A stretch of DNA of 64,000 nt from the NCBI GenBank assembly GCA_950097015.1, contig CATNEN010000038.1:4650001-4714000 (forward strand), written 5' to 3'. The translations under genes and the position numbers were made by a program. This document shows positions 23,687-35,627 of this stretch, one piece after another (the first letter of the stretch is position 1; the number at the start of each line of letters is the position of its first letter). This DNA comes from Macrostomum hystrix. Taxonomy: Eukaryota > Animalia > Platyhelminthes. The notes beneath the pieces were generated by a model, which saw only the letters and a list, made by a program, of their open reading frames with translations, had not been told where the DNA came from and made no database searches.

Positions 23687-26443
23687 TCAATTCCAAATCT
23701 TGTTGAACAGCTCCATGAATGAGTCATAGATCATGAAGGTGATGGCCACGTCAAGACAGACTCGACTCAGACGGGGCACCGTGCCCTTGTAGAACCTGCG
23801 AGAGCGGAGATGAGATGGGGTCAGATGGGGGTCAGTGACGCAGTGGAATGGGGAATATCATAACATGCTTGTTCCCAGGCATCCCATTAGCTGTCTTATA
23901 GAACACTGACTGCTGATCAACTGCCATCCCATACTGATAAACTGCAATCCCATGCTGATAAACTGCAATCCCATACTGATCAACTGCAATCCCATACTGA
24001 TAAACTGCAATCCCATGCTGATAAACTGCAATCCCATACTGATCAACTGCAATCCCATACTGATAAACTGCAATCCCATGCTGATAAACTGCAATCCCAT
24101 ACTGATCAACTGCAATCCCATACTGATAAACTGCAATCCCATGCTGATAAACTGAAATCCCATACTGATCAACTGCAATCCCATACTTATAAACTGCAAT
24201 CCCATACTGACAAACTGCAATCCCATACTGATTAACTGCAATCCCACACTAAAATACTGCAATCCCACACTAAAATACTGCAATCCCACACTAAAATACT
24301 GCAATCCCACACTAAAATACTGCAATCCCACACTAAAATACTGCAATCCCACACTAAAATACTGCAATCCCACACTAAAATACTGCAATCCCACACTAAC
24401 ATACTGCAATCCCACACTAAAATACTGCAATCCCACACTAAAATACTGCAATCCCACACTAAAATACTGCAATCCCACACTAAAATACTGCAATCCCACA
24501 CTAAAATACTGCAATCCCACACTAAAATACTGCAATCCCACACTAAAATACTGAAATCCCACACTAAAATACTGAAATCCCACACTAAAATACTGCAATC
24601 CCACACTAAAATACTGCAATCCCACACTAAAATACTGCAATCCCACACTAAAATACTGCAATCCCACACTAAAATACTGAAATCCCACACTAAAATACTG
24701 AAATCCCACACTAAAATACTGCAATCCCACACTAAAATACTGCAATCCCACACTAAAATACTGCAATCCCACACTAAAATACTGCAATCCCACACTAAAA
24801 TACTGCAATCTCACACTAAAATACTGCAATCCCACACTAAAATACTGCAATCTCACACTAACATACTGCAATCTCACACTAACATACTGCAATCCCACAC
24901 TAAAATACTGCAATCCCACACTAAAATACTGCAATCTCACACTAACATACTGCAATCTCACACTAAAATACTGCAATCCCACACTAAAATACTGCAATCT
25001 CACACTAAAATACTGCAATCCCACACTAAAATACTGCAATCCCATACTAAAATACTGCAATCCCACACTAAAATACTGCAATCCCACATAAAAATACTGC
25101 AATCCCACACTCAAAGACCAGACCCAACAATCAGACAGAGCCAGCAGTCGTTGCACAATGACACTCACGCCAGAGGTCCCTCCTCCTTCCAGATCTTCAC
25201 GAAGCAGTGAGCAGTGTTGCGGTACTTGTGAGCCTGCAGGCCCTGCATCCGGGTCTTCACCACGTCGATTGGCGTGTTGCCAAACACCGAAGCCGCACCC
25301 GCGATGGCGCCGAAGAAGCCAGTCAGCAGCTTCGGGATCGGCCTGCTGTTGTCAGTGTCGCCTCTGTAGGCCCTGTACCAGTCCTTCAGCGACTCCACCA
25401 CAAGGAAGCGGATTGCCTGGTTGGAGCCCTGCTTCATCATCGTTGCCGTCACGCCCTGGTAGCAGCCGCGCAGGCCCTGCTCCCTGACGATCTCGCGAAC
25501 TCCGTGGAAGAAGCCGCGGAACTTTGGATTTGCCGAGTTCTGGTCGTTGATGAACTTCACCTTCACAGTCTCCATGGGCGTCACTGCGAAGATGGCCTCA
25601 CAGATTCCAGCACCGAGGCCGCACATAAACTTGCGACCTGTGCTCAGGTTGCCCTGGGCATCAGCGCTGCGCTTCTTCAGCTCCTCGAATGCTCCGAATC
25701 TGCGGGTTGAGTTCACTGCCTGATCAGAGTCTTGAGCTCACTGCTCAGAATGGTCACCTGACGAGCTAGTCACGCCCTAATTTCTCCTAAATTATTCTTA
25801 AACATCTTATCAATCAATTCACCGAACCCAACTCTAGAGCAACCGACACTACTGTCAACAGTGTGATCAGCGACAGCCCCTCTGACCACACTAAGTTCCT
25901 GAGCACACTAGTCACTCATCTACGGAAACTGCTCAAATATCTCAGTTCCTGAGCACACTAGTCACTCATTTACGGAAACTGCTCAAGTATCTTATTTCCT
26001 GAGCACAGGACACTATTTTCAATAGTATGACCTGCCAGCCACCCACCTTACAGCCGACTTCGGAATGGAGCCATACAGCAGGACACTTAGTCCGCGGTAC
26101 AGACCAAAGAAGCCTCGCTCTCTCACAGTCACCTTCACACAGTCGATCGGTCCTTTGTATCTCTTCTGTGCACCCGTCTTCTCATCCAGCTGCAGCTGTG
26201 TCTTCACATACTCAGTGGGAAATGTGATGCAGATCTCTATGCCACCAGTGATGCCACCTGGTGTGTGAATGATGCAATTCTGTATGTACTCAAGTCACCT
26301 GAATTGAGACTGCCCATCACCAACACAATCTTACCTGCAACAATGCCCTTTAGACTCTGGCTGCTGCTTCCAGAACTGGCCACAGCAGCTGTCATGTGCT
26401 GACTTGGCCTGCCAGCACTGTAAACCAAGCCCCTGTCTGACAT
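23687..26443 (-). CDS. SLC25A1: Mitochondrial tricarboxylate (citrate) carrier, copy A, 319 aa; exons 26443-26335, 26257-26047, 25699-25169, 23795-23687
   Basis: Three carrier motifs ([29 protein letters not shown]), plus [20 protein letters not shown] and [20 protein letters not shown], typical of citrate carriers. GT-AG junctions are intact. Ends KIWN*. Confidence 0.95.
23912..25110. repeat. 21-bp compound minisatellite in intron 3 of SLC25A1 copy A
   Basis: Two unit types: aactgcaatcccatactgata and tactgcaatcccacactaaaa. Confidence 0.95.
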
Positions 26444-28470
26444 TTTCCTTGGCTTTCTATTGAGAAACACTGAAAAAGAATTAAATTGAATGTATGTATA
26501 ATAGGCCTACGCTGCATATTAAACTATGTCTACAGTGCAACCAGCAATGGGTAAACGCTTTTATAAGAATGTTCTCATACAACGAAGTGAGACCAATTTA
26601 GAATTTCTTATTGTTGCATTTCAAATAGGCCTTAAAGCTTTAGTTATGTTAACATTTAATAAAAAATTAAAACAAACTTTAATTTGTTTAGCAAGATATA
26701 CTAGACTTCATTAAACACTGGGAATGTAAACTAGTTAAGGAAGTAAAAATGTGAGCATGCAATTTTTTAAATACAACCATAAATAGCAATATTGAATAAA
26801 TAAAGAAAAGAAAAGAAAAAAATATTTTGATTTCATAGGAATTTTTACAGCTTTCTTTTTTCATCTGCTTTTATGGTAGGCCCACAGATAATATATTAAC
26901 TAAAAAATAGCTATTGGCTATCTGCAAAGCTAATCTGCCTATATTCTAACTAGCTTGTAGCTAAATCTCTATAAATCAATAGTCTAGTTGCCACTTTATG
27001 ATTGTTACTAGCACAGCAACTCTAAAAATATATAAAACTAGTATTCTGGGGAGTGCAAACACATTAAACTCTACTTTAATATAGCCTCTAATAAGGAATC
27101 ATAAAAATAGGGCCTACAACAGTGCCATATGCAACAAAACATTAAAATATCACGTAATATCGTGTGAAAATCATGTACAAATCAATAAAAGCTAAAAGTG
27201 ATTCTCTAAAAAATTTAAGCCTAAGAAAATTGGTAAGGTGTGATAATAAAAATATATTTCTACGAAACGTTTCACTTTAGTCAGTTATCGAGGAGTTTTG
27301 AATTTACGCTATGTATTCAGTACATTATTAAAACAGAAGGGCAAATGTAATAATTTCACAATGTGTACCAAATATTTGAAGCTTTTCAGTGTTTTGTTTT
27401 TCGTAAAAAATGGAAGCTCAGTAAAAAACATAAATGTAGAAAAAAATGGCTGGTCTTGAAGTGATTAATTTAATTTTTTAAATCACAAAAAATCACTCGA
27501 GGTATCTTGTAATTTATTACTAATTTTTAATGGCAGCCCTATTATATGACTTTACTTGTTTTTGGGATTGCTTGGCCTTAGGTTATACTATTATATTGTT
27601 GGCTAGTCTAGTTGTGAGCTACCAGCTAATAATCTAATAATAAAACATTTTGTAAATTGGCATAATGAAGTTCAGCTATTCAAGGAATTTATAAACAAAT
27701 AACTATTGACTTTTTATTTGAATTATGCTTAGGCCTACTACTTACTTTTGCTATTCTTTATAAAAGTTTAAGTTAGGCCTAGCTACTTAGTTTTTTATTC
27801 TTGCCAATATAACTACATACATCAGCTACACAAGCACTTTTTCTGATCAAAGTATATTTTTATCTTAGCTGGCATAGCTACACTGTGCCTAGTTACAACT
27901 TATAATAGCTCTCTTCTCATTGTGCACATGAAAAATTGTATCTAGGACTATAGGTACTATCAGTATAAAGCAGGGGAATTATATATTTACATTAGGTAGG
28001 TGCTGGTCAGTTTATCAACTACTATTTTGTCGAATACCCTGACATAGGTAACTAGTAACTTTAACTTACTAACTACCTAGTAACCAGCAACCTTACCTAG
28101 GATCTACTTAATATAGTATAACAGCAACCACATTGTTTATTGCATTTAATTATTTTAATAATTTTCAATATTTTTCAGCAAAGGTAGCGACAATATGATA
28201 TAGGAAGATAAAAAACAATTCAAGTCAGTTTCTAAAAAGTTTTATTTAAAACAGGTGGCTCTGCACTCAAGTTAGTAGCTATGCGCCTAGGCCTACTCAT
28301 TAAAATGGCTCTTAAACAGGGCATTATATTAGAAATAACATGCATCACTCTAAATTAGGCTTGGATATAGGCAAAAGTCTAAATCAAACAAAGGCTGTTA
28401 GCCTCGAAAATAAAAATAATTTTAGATGGGCTTTAAGTACTTGCACATCATTTGATGACACTAGACCCAT

Positions 28471-28642
28471 AGCCAACAAGGAGGCAATTCTGCTCATTTC
28501 ACTGACAAAGATACTATATGCATGCACATGTTCACATGGGTGTGTACATCTGCCCTGACTTTCTCATTATCAGGCAGTATATATTTCACTGTGCCTTGGA
28601 TGTTGGCCCTTAAGGGAGTATATTGCACAACAAGCCCCCAAA
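28471..28642 (-). mobile_element. Diverged copy of the 55.8-kb dispersed repeat
   Basis: Alignment by eye; CpGs of the other copy appear here mostly as TpG/CpA. Confidence 0.65.
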
Positions 28643-29043
28643 CATGTTAACTGCTCTGCCAATTCTATTAGCAACTCTTGGTGTTTTAGCAATAGCATAG
28701 TTAGCAATTTGGCTGCCAAATTAGAAAAACATCAAAATAAGATTGCATAGTATACTAAGTAACTAAGATATTGCTACTAAATGTATAAAAGCATGGCAAA
28801 TTTAAAAGTATGCTGATGCAGATCTTAAACTTTTATTTTTCATTGATTACGATCACTTTCTTTTATTAAAACAAAATATTTATATAATAGAACTATTTAT
28901 ATAGTAATAAAAAGGCAAAAAATTCCTAGACCTGGCTAACAAATATCTAACCCTAGGCTAGCTATCCTTTTATCTATCATACCCAAATTTTATAATACTG
29001 TGGTTCATTACATAACAAACAGTAGTTACATTATTTGTTCATA

Positions 29044-30272
29044 CTTTGGATGTGTCATAAGTAATGTCACTAAGGGGAAAACAGACCAACTAACAATCAC
29101 AGATAAACATCTGTATCAGTCAACAACATATTGTCCCCCAATATCAATCACCCTCTGACAGTGCTTGTACAGCTTCTCCACCTCAGCCTGCAGGTGTTTT
29201 TCCTCCATCTGTCGGAACCAGTGCAACGCAGCTTCTTTGACCTCATCATTGTTTGCGAAACTTCTCTGCAAAGCTAGAAGATCCGAAACAGCCTGACTGG
29301 TGTGTGGCCGTGCAGTGCCCATCTGCCACAGCACTTGGTTCAGGTGAATCGAGTTTGACCAGAGCATGCGCCAGAGGTTCCCAGTGTGTCGGACAAATCG
29401 ATGAAGCTGGCCATCGACATTGTTGTTGGGCGGAGTTGTACAAATGGAGACTTGTTTGTTTGGCGTGAATGCCACCAGCAGCATTGTCTTCTATTCTGAA
29501 ATAGACCTCCTGGTCACTGTCAGTCTGGAGTCTCCAGCTTACAGCCAGCAGTGATTGTCTGCCATCCAGGTGTAGCCAGGTCTCATCCTCAACAACCAGG
29601 CAGTTAAGAATGTCATCCAAGCCCCGGCTGCTGAACACCTTGCGGATATGCTTGGTGCAGTTCACACGGGCCTGACGTTGGTCCGCAGTGAGGTCATGAG
29701 GCACCCAGACCGAGCAGACGTTTTGGAGATGGAGATCCTCTGTCAAGATGCGATGGACTGTGCTGAAATCAATCTCCAAGCAGTCCGCTAGCTCCCTGAC
29801 AGACTGCCGTGGGTCTTCCTTGACCAGGTCGCTGATGACTTCGATTTTCTCTATTGTCCTGTTTGAACATGGTCGGCCAGATCTGGCGGCATCTCCCAAT
29901 TCGAACCCAGGATCAGCAAAGTTCTAAAACCACTTGTAAATTGTCGTACGAGTTGGGAAGTTGTCTGGCAGTGTGGTCCGGAGATCCTCCTCTACTTCTG
30001 CTGCAGATTTTCTAAGCTTAAAACGAACGAAAGCGTAGAACTGGATGAGCGTCTTGTCGTGATTCATGTTGAGTTTTGCTCATTGAGTTGCGCTTGCTAA
30101 ATCTGATTAACTAATTCTTGCGACAGTTTTGGACATAGACATTAAAATTGCTGCTCCGGTGTGGTGGCAACTTCTCAATAAATTTACTTTCAGAATATAA
30201 TATATTTGGATGCTTATGGCTTTGGGTTTCTGCACAACAACCACAGTGACATTACTGATGACACACCCAAAG
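29044..30272 (-). mobile_element. Mariner (Tc1/mariner superfamily) DNA transposon, ~1.23 kb, defective
   Basis: ~28-bp TIRs: ctttggatgtgtcataagtaatgtcact (from 29044) and agtgacattactgatgacacacccaaag (to 30272), 2 mismatches. Flanked by TA (29042-43, 30273-74). Contains an internal transposase remnant. Confidence 0.92.
29116..30067 (-). pseudogene. Mariner transposase pseudogene
   Basis: ATG at 30067: MNHDKTLIQFYAFVRFKL..TIYKWF*(in-frame TAG)..RSGRP..WVPHDL..EDETW. Then a frameshift to MLLVAF..QMGTARPHTS (degenerate HDNARPH). The YSPDLAP region is absent. C-terminus ..RVIDIGGQYVVD. Confidence 0.88.
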
Positions 30273-30400
30273 TATATGCTATTTAATGCATTGAAGTGAA
30301 AAATATAAATTCTTCATTTACTAATTAGTATGTAAACTGTGGGCCCAGTAAAATAATGAATTTCAACTTTTCAGTGCTGCTCAATTAAAAGCCAAGGAAA

Positions 30401-33400
30401 ATGTCAGACAGGGGCTTGGTTTACAGTGCTGGCAGGCCAAGTCAGCACATGACAGCTGCTGTGGCCAGTTCTGGAAGCAGCAGCCAGAGTCTAAAGGGCA
30501 TTGTTGCAGGTAAGATTGTGTTGGTGATGGGCAGTCTCAATTCAGGTGACTTGAGTACATACAGAATTGCATCATTCACACACCAGGTGGCATCACTGGT
30601 GGCATAGAGATCTGCATCACATTTCCCACTGAGTATGTGAAGACACAGCTGCAGCTGGATGAGAAGACGGGTGCACAGAAGAGATACAAAGGACCGATCG
30701 ACTGTGTGAAGGTGACTGTGAGAGAGCGAGGCTTCTTTGGTCTGTACCGCGGACTAAGTGTCCTGCTGTATGGCTCCATTCCGAAGTCGGCTGTAAGGTG
30801 GGTGGCTGGCAGGTCATACTGTTGACAGTAGTGTCGTGAGCTCTGGAACTGAGATATTTTGAGCAAAATTTCTATAGATGGGTGAGTAGTGTGCTCAAGA
30901 ACTGAGATATTTGAGCAGTTTCCGTAGATGAGTGAGTAGTGTGCTCAGGAACTGAGATATTTGAGCAGTTTCCGTAGATGAGTGACTAGTGTGCTCAGGA
31001 ACTGAGATATTTGAGCAGTTTCCGTAGATGAGTGACTAGTGTGCTCAGGAACTTAGTGTAGTCAGAGGGGCTGTCGCTGATCACACTGTTGACAGTAGTG
31101 TCGGTTGCTCTAGAGTTGGGTTCGGTGAATTGATTGATAAGATGTTTAAGAAGAATTTAGGAGAAATTAGGGCGTGACTAGCACGTCAGGTGACCATTCT
31201 GAGCAGTGAGCTCAAGACTCTGATCAGGCAGTGAACTCAACCCGCAGATTCGGAGCATTCGAGGAGCTGAAGAAGCGCAGCGCTGATGGCCAGGGCAACC
31301 TGAGCACAGGTCGCAAGTTTATGTGCGGCCTCGGTGCTGGAATCTGTGAGGCCATCTTCGCAGTGACGCCCATGGAGACTGTGAAGGTGAAGTTCATCAA
31401 CGACCAGAACTCGGCAAATCCAAAGTTCCGCGGCTTCTTCCACGGAGTTCGCGAGATCGTCAGGGAGCAGGGCCTGCGCGGCTGCTACCAGGGCGTGACG
31501 GCAACGATGATGAAGCAGGGCTCCAACCAGGCAATCCGCTTCCTTGTGGTGGAGTCGCTGAAGGACTGGTACAGGGCCTACAGGGGTGACACTGACAACA
31601 GCAGGCCGATCCCGAAGCTGCTGACTGGCTTCTTCGGCGCCATCGCGGGTGCGGCTTCGGTGTTTGGCAACACGCCAATCGACGTGGTGAAGACCCGGAT
31701 GCAGGGCCTGCAGGCTCACAAGTACCGCAACACTGCTCACTGCTTCGTGAAGATCTGGAAGGAGGAGGGACCTCTGGCGTGAGTGTCATTGTGCAACGAC
31801 TGCTGGCTCTGTCTGATTGTTGGGTCTGGTATTTGAGTGTGGGATTGCAGTATTTTAGTGTGGGATTGCAGTATTTTAGTGTGAGATTGCAGTATTTTAG
31901 TGTGGGATTGCAGTATTTTAGTGTGGGATTGCAGTATTTTGGTGTGGGATTGCAGTATTTTAGTGTGGGATTGCAGTATTTTAGTGTGGGATTGCAGTAT
32001 TTTAGTGTGGGATTGCAGTATTTTAGTGTGGGATTGCAGTATTTTAGTGTGGGATTGCAGTATTTTAGTGTGGGATTGCAGTATTTTAGTGTGAGATTGC
32101 AGTATTTTAGTGTGGGATTGCAGTATTTTAGTGTGGGATTGCAGTATTTTAGTGTGGGATTGCAGTATTTTAGTGTGGGATTGCAGTATTTTAGTGTGGG
32201 ATTGCAGTATTTTAGTGTGGGATTGCAGTATTTTAGTGTGGGATTGCAGTATTTTAGTGTGGGATTGCAGTATTTTAGTGTGGGATTGCAGTATTTTAGT
32301 GTGGGATTGCAGTATTTTAGTGTGGGATTGCAGTATTTTAGTGTGGGATTGCAGTATTTTAGTGTGGGATTGCAGTATTTTAGTGTGGGATTGCAGTATT
32401 TTAGTGTGGGATTGCAGTATTTTAGTGTGGGATTGCAGTATTTTAGTGTGGGATAGCAGTATTTTAGTGTGGGATTGCAGTATTTTAGTGTGGGATTGCA
32501 GTATTTTAGTGTGGGATTGCAGTATTTTAGTGTGGGATTGCAGTATTTTAGTGTGGGATTGCAGTATTTTAGTGTGGGATTGCAGTATTTTAGTGTGGGA
32601 TTGCAGTATTTTAGTGTGGGATTGCAGTATTTTAGTGTGAGATTGCAGTATTTTAGTGTGGGATTGCAGTATTTTAGTGTGGGATTGCAGTATTTTAGTG
32701 TGGGATAGCAGTATTTTAGTGTGGGATTGCAGTATTTTAGTGTGGGATTGCAGTATTTTAGTGTGGGATTGCAGTATTTTAGTGTGGGATTGCAGTATTT
32801 TAGTGTGGGATTGCAGTATTTTAGTGTGGGATTGCAGTATTTTAGTGTGGGATTGCAGTATTTTAGTGTGGGATTGCAGTATTTTAGTATGGGATTGCAG
32901 TATTTTAGTGTGGGATAGCAGTATTTTAGTGTGGGATTGCAGTATTTTAGTGTGGGATTGCTGTATTTTAGTGTGGGATTGCTGTATTTTAGTATGAGAA
33001 TGCAGTTTATAAGTATGGGATTACAGTTTTTCAGTATGGGATTGCAGTTTATCCGTATGGGATTGCAGTTTATCAGTATGGGATTGCCTCTTCTCAGTAT
33101 GGGGTCGCAGTTTATCAATATGGGATTGCAGTTTATCAGTATGGGATTGCAGTTGATCTGTATGGGATTGTAGTTTATCAGTATGGGATTGCAGTTTATC
33201 GGTATGGGATTGCAGTAGTTTAGTATGGGATTGCAGTTTATCAGTATGGGATTGAAGTTTATCAGTATGGGATTGCAGTTTATCAGTATGGGATTGCAGT
33301 TTATCAGTATGGGATTGCAGTTGATCTGTATGGGATTGTAGTTTATCAGTATGGGATTGCAGTTTATCGGTATGGGATTGCAGTAGTTTAGTATGGGATT

Positions 33401-33964
33401 GCAGTTTATCAGTATGGGATTGAAGTTTATCAGTATGGGATTGCAGTTTATCAGTATGGGATTGCAGTTTATCAGTATGGGATTGCAGTTGATCTGTATG
33501 GGATTGTAGTTTATCAGTATGGGATTGCAGTTTATCGGTATGGGATTGCAGTAGTTTAGTATGGGATTGCAGTTTATCAGTATGGGATTGAAGTTTATCA
33601 GTATGGGATTGCAGTTTATCAGTATGGGATTGCAGTTTATAAGTATAGGATTGCAGTTTATCAGTATGGGATTGCAGTTTATAAGTATGGGATTGCAGTT
33701 TATAAGTATGGGATTGCAGTTTATCAGTATGGGATGGCAGTTGATCAGCAGTCAGTGTTCTATAAGGATGCCTGGGAACAAGCATGTTATGATATTCCCC
33801 ATTCCACTGCGTCACTGACCCCCATCTGACCCCCATCTCATCTCCGCTCTCGCAGGTTCTACAAGGGCACGGTGCCCCGTCTGAGTCGAGTCTGTCTTGA
33901 CGTGGCCATCACCTTCATGATCTATGACTCATTCATGGAGCTGTTCAACAAGATCTGGAAGTGA
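30401..33964 (+). CDS. SLC25A1: Mitochondrial tricarboxylate (citrate) carrier, copy B, 319 aa; exons 30401-30509, 30587-30797, 31248-31778, 33856-33964
   Basis: Reverse-complement twin of copy A with the same exon sizes (109/211/531/109). Visible amino-acid differences: ADGQG vs ADAQG, and terminal KIWK* vs KIWN*. Confidence 0.95.
31832..33748. repeat. 21-bp compound minisatellite in intron 3 of SLC25A1 copy B (reverse complement of the copy A array, longer)
   Basis: Units ttttagtgtgggattgcagta, then tatcagtatgggattgcagtt. Confidence 0.95.
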
Positions 33965-34664
33965 ATCGGCCGTACGAACTTGTCAGTTGCTTAGTCTGTT
34001 TATTTTCAGTCCAAATTTTTACTCATTCAATCGGGTTGCAACTGTCTGCCACATTGCAGTTAAACTGATTTGAAGTCGCAGGAAAATAGGAAATGTACTG
34101 AATAATATTGTTATAGTGCTTATAGCATAACAGATTGCAAAGTGGCAGTCAGTGATTTCTAGATTTAGAAATTACCTTGTAGTTCCTTTATACGTTGTCT
34201 TATCGATCTATCTGATGCATGCAATTTTCGCATCAAGATCTGCACACAGTCCAATCTATTACATTAGTCGAATTAGTCGAGTCGCCACAATTATTTATTA
34301 TTAACTATTTTATTCTTTCTTCGATATTTGCTTCCATGTCAAACACATTCTACTTATATTCTACTGTTAGTAGGATTATTGGCGTAGTTGGGCACGCGTT
34401 TTATTATATTTGTTGTTGTTTTTTTCGTTTTAAATCCTAGTAAAGATCGAAGAGGTTGTATCATTGAAGGACACAAAGGTTGTATTCCCATTCTTTATAT
34501 TGTCTTATATTTTTCCTTCATTAGATGACTTACTAGCCAAATTACTATTAATATTTGCGTAATTACTTAACTTTAAGAAACTTGCCTCATATAGCTACGG
34601 AAACTATTGGCATTTTTAAATTACTGCTTCGATTGTTGTTTTGTGATTATTTTTGTCATTATTT

Positions 34665-34976
34665 GCAGTTTACAGTTTACTGTTTACAGTTTACAGTTTA
34701 CTGTTTAAAGTTTACAGTTTACTGTTTAAAGTTTACTGTTTACAGTTTACAGTTTACTGTTTAAAGTTTACTGTTTACAGTTTACTGTTTACAGTTTACA
34801 GTTTACTGTTTACAGTTTACTGTTTACAGTTTACTGTTTACAGTTTACTGTTTACAGTTTACTGTTTACAGTTTAATGTTTACAGTTTACTGTTTACAGT
34901 TTACTGTTTACAGTTTACTGTTTACAGTTTACTGTTTACAGTTTACAGTTTACTGTTTACTGTTTACAGTTTACTG
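34665..34976. repeat. 7-bp microsatellite (tttacag/tttactg)
   Basis: Direct inspection. Confidence 0.93.
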
Positions 34977-35627
34977 TCTGATGATGTAGAAGTGTTATCT
35001 TATCTAGTAGTGTTTTAACGAATATTCAAATTAGCACATTATATTAATTAGTTTTTATCACCATGCTAGAGACTATTGCGATATCTTGTCTGTGTTGTAT
35101 TTTAGAAGTTATCTTTAGCATCTATAATTGATTTTATTGTAAGATCAGTGTTTTAACTTTCTGACAAATAAAAACAAGGCTGGGATGACCATTGTGACTG
35201 CTTATCTTAGTGATTTTAGAGCTCCTAAATTAACAAAGACTTTAAAGTGTTTTTGCTTCATTTTATCAAAAACCCAACTGATCAAGCACGTACATAGTTT
35301 TATTGCAAACTAGTTGTCGGTTGGGTTAGTCTTTTATATTACTAGTAAACACATTTTTATCAAACGCATTTACTAAAAAAATTGACAAAGCTCATTTTGT
35401 AAAATTAAATTCAGCGAATAATTGAACCTTAACCGAATATGCATTGTGTCATTTCATGCATTGTGTTGAATACAGAATAGGTGGGTTTCATTCTAGAGGA
35501 CAAACAAGTAATTTAAAGTTTAGGTAATAAGAAAGCTATTTTAGTAAGTTTAATGTAAGAAAAATTGCTTCTGCTTTTCTGATTTATAGCTTTAGGGTTT
35601 TTTTCAAAGCTGAATCCCTAAATAGAG

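Noticed and set aside
23858-33836. Repeat ORFs such as (VGLQYFS)n and (LKYCNPT)n
   Set aside because: Intronic 21-bp minisatellites of SLC25A1.
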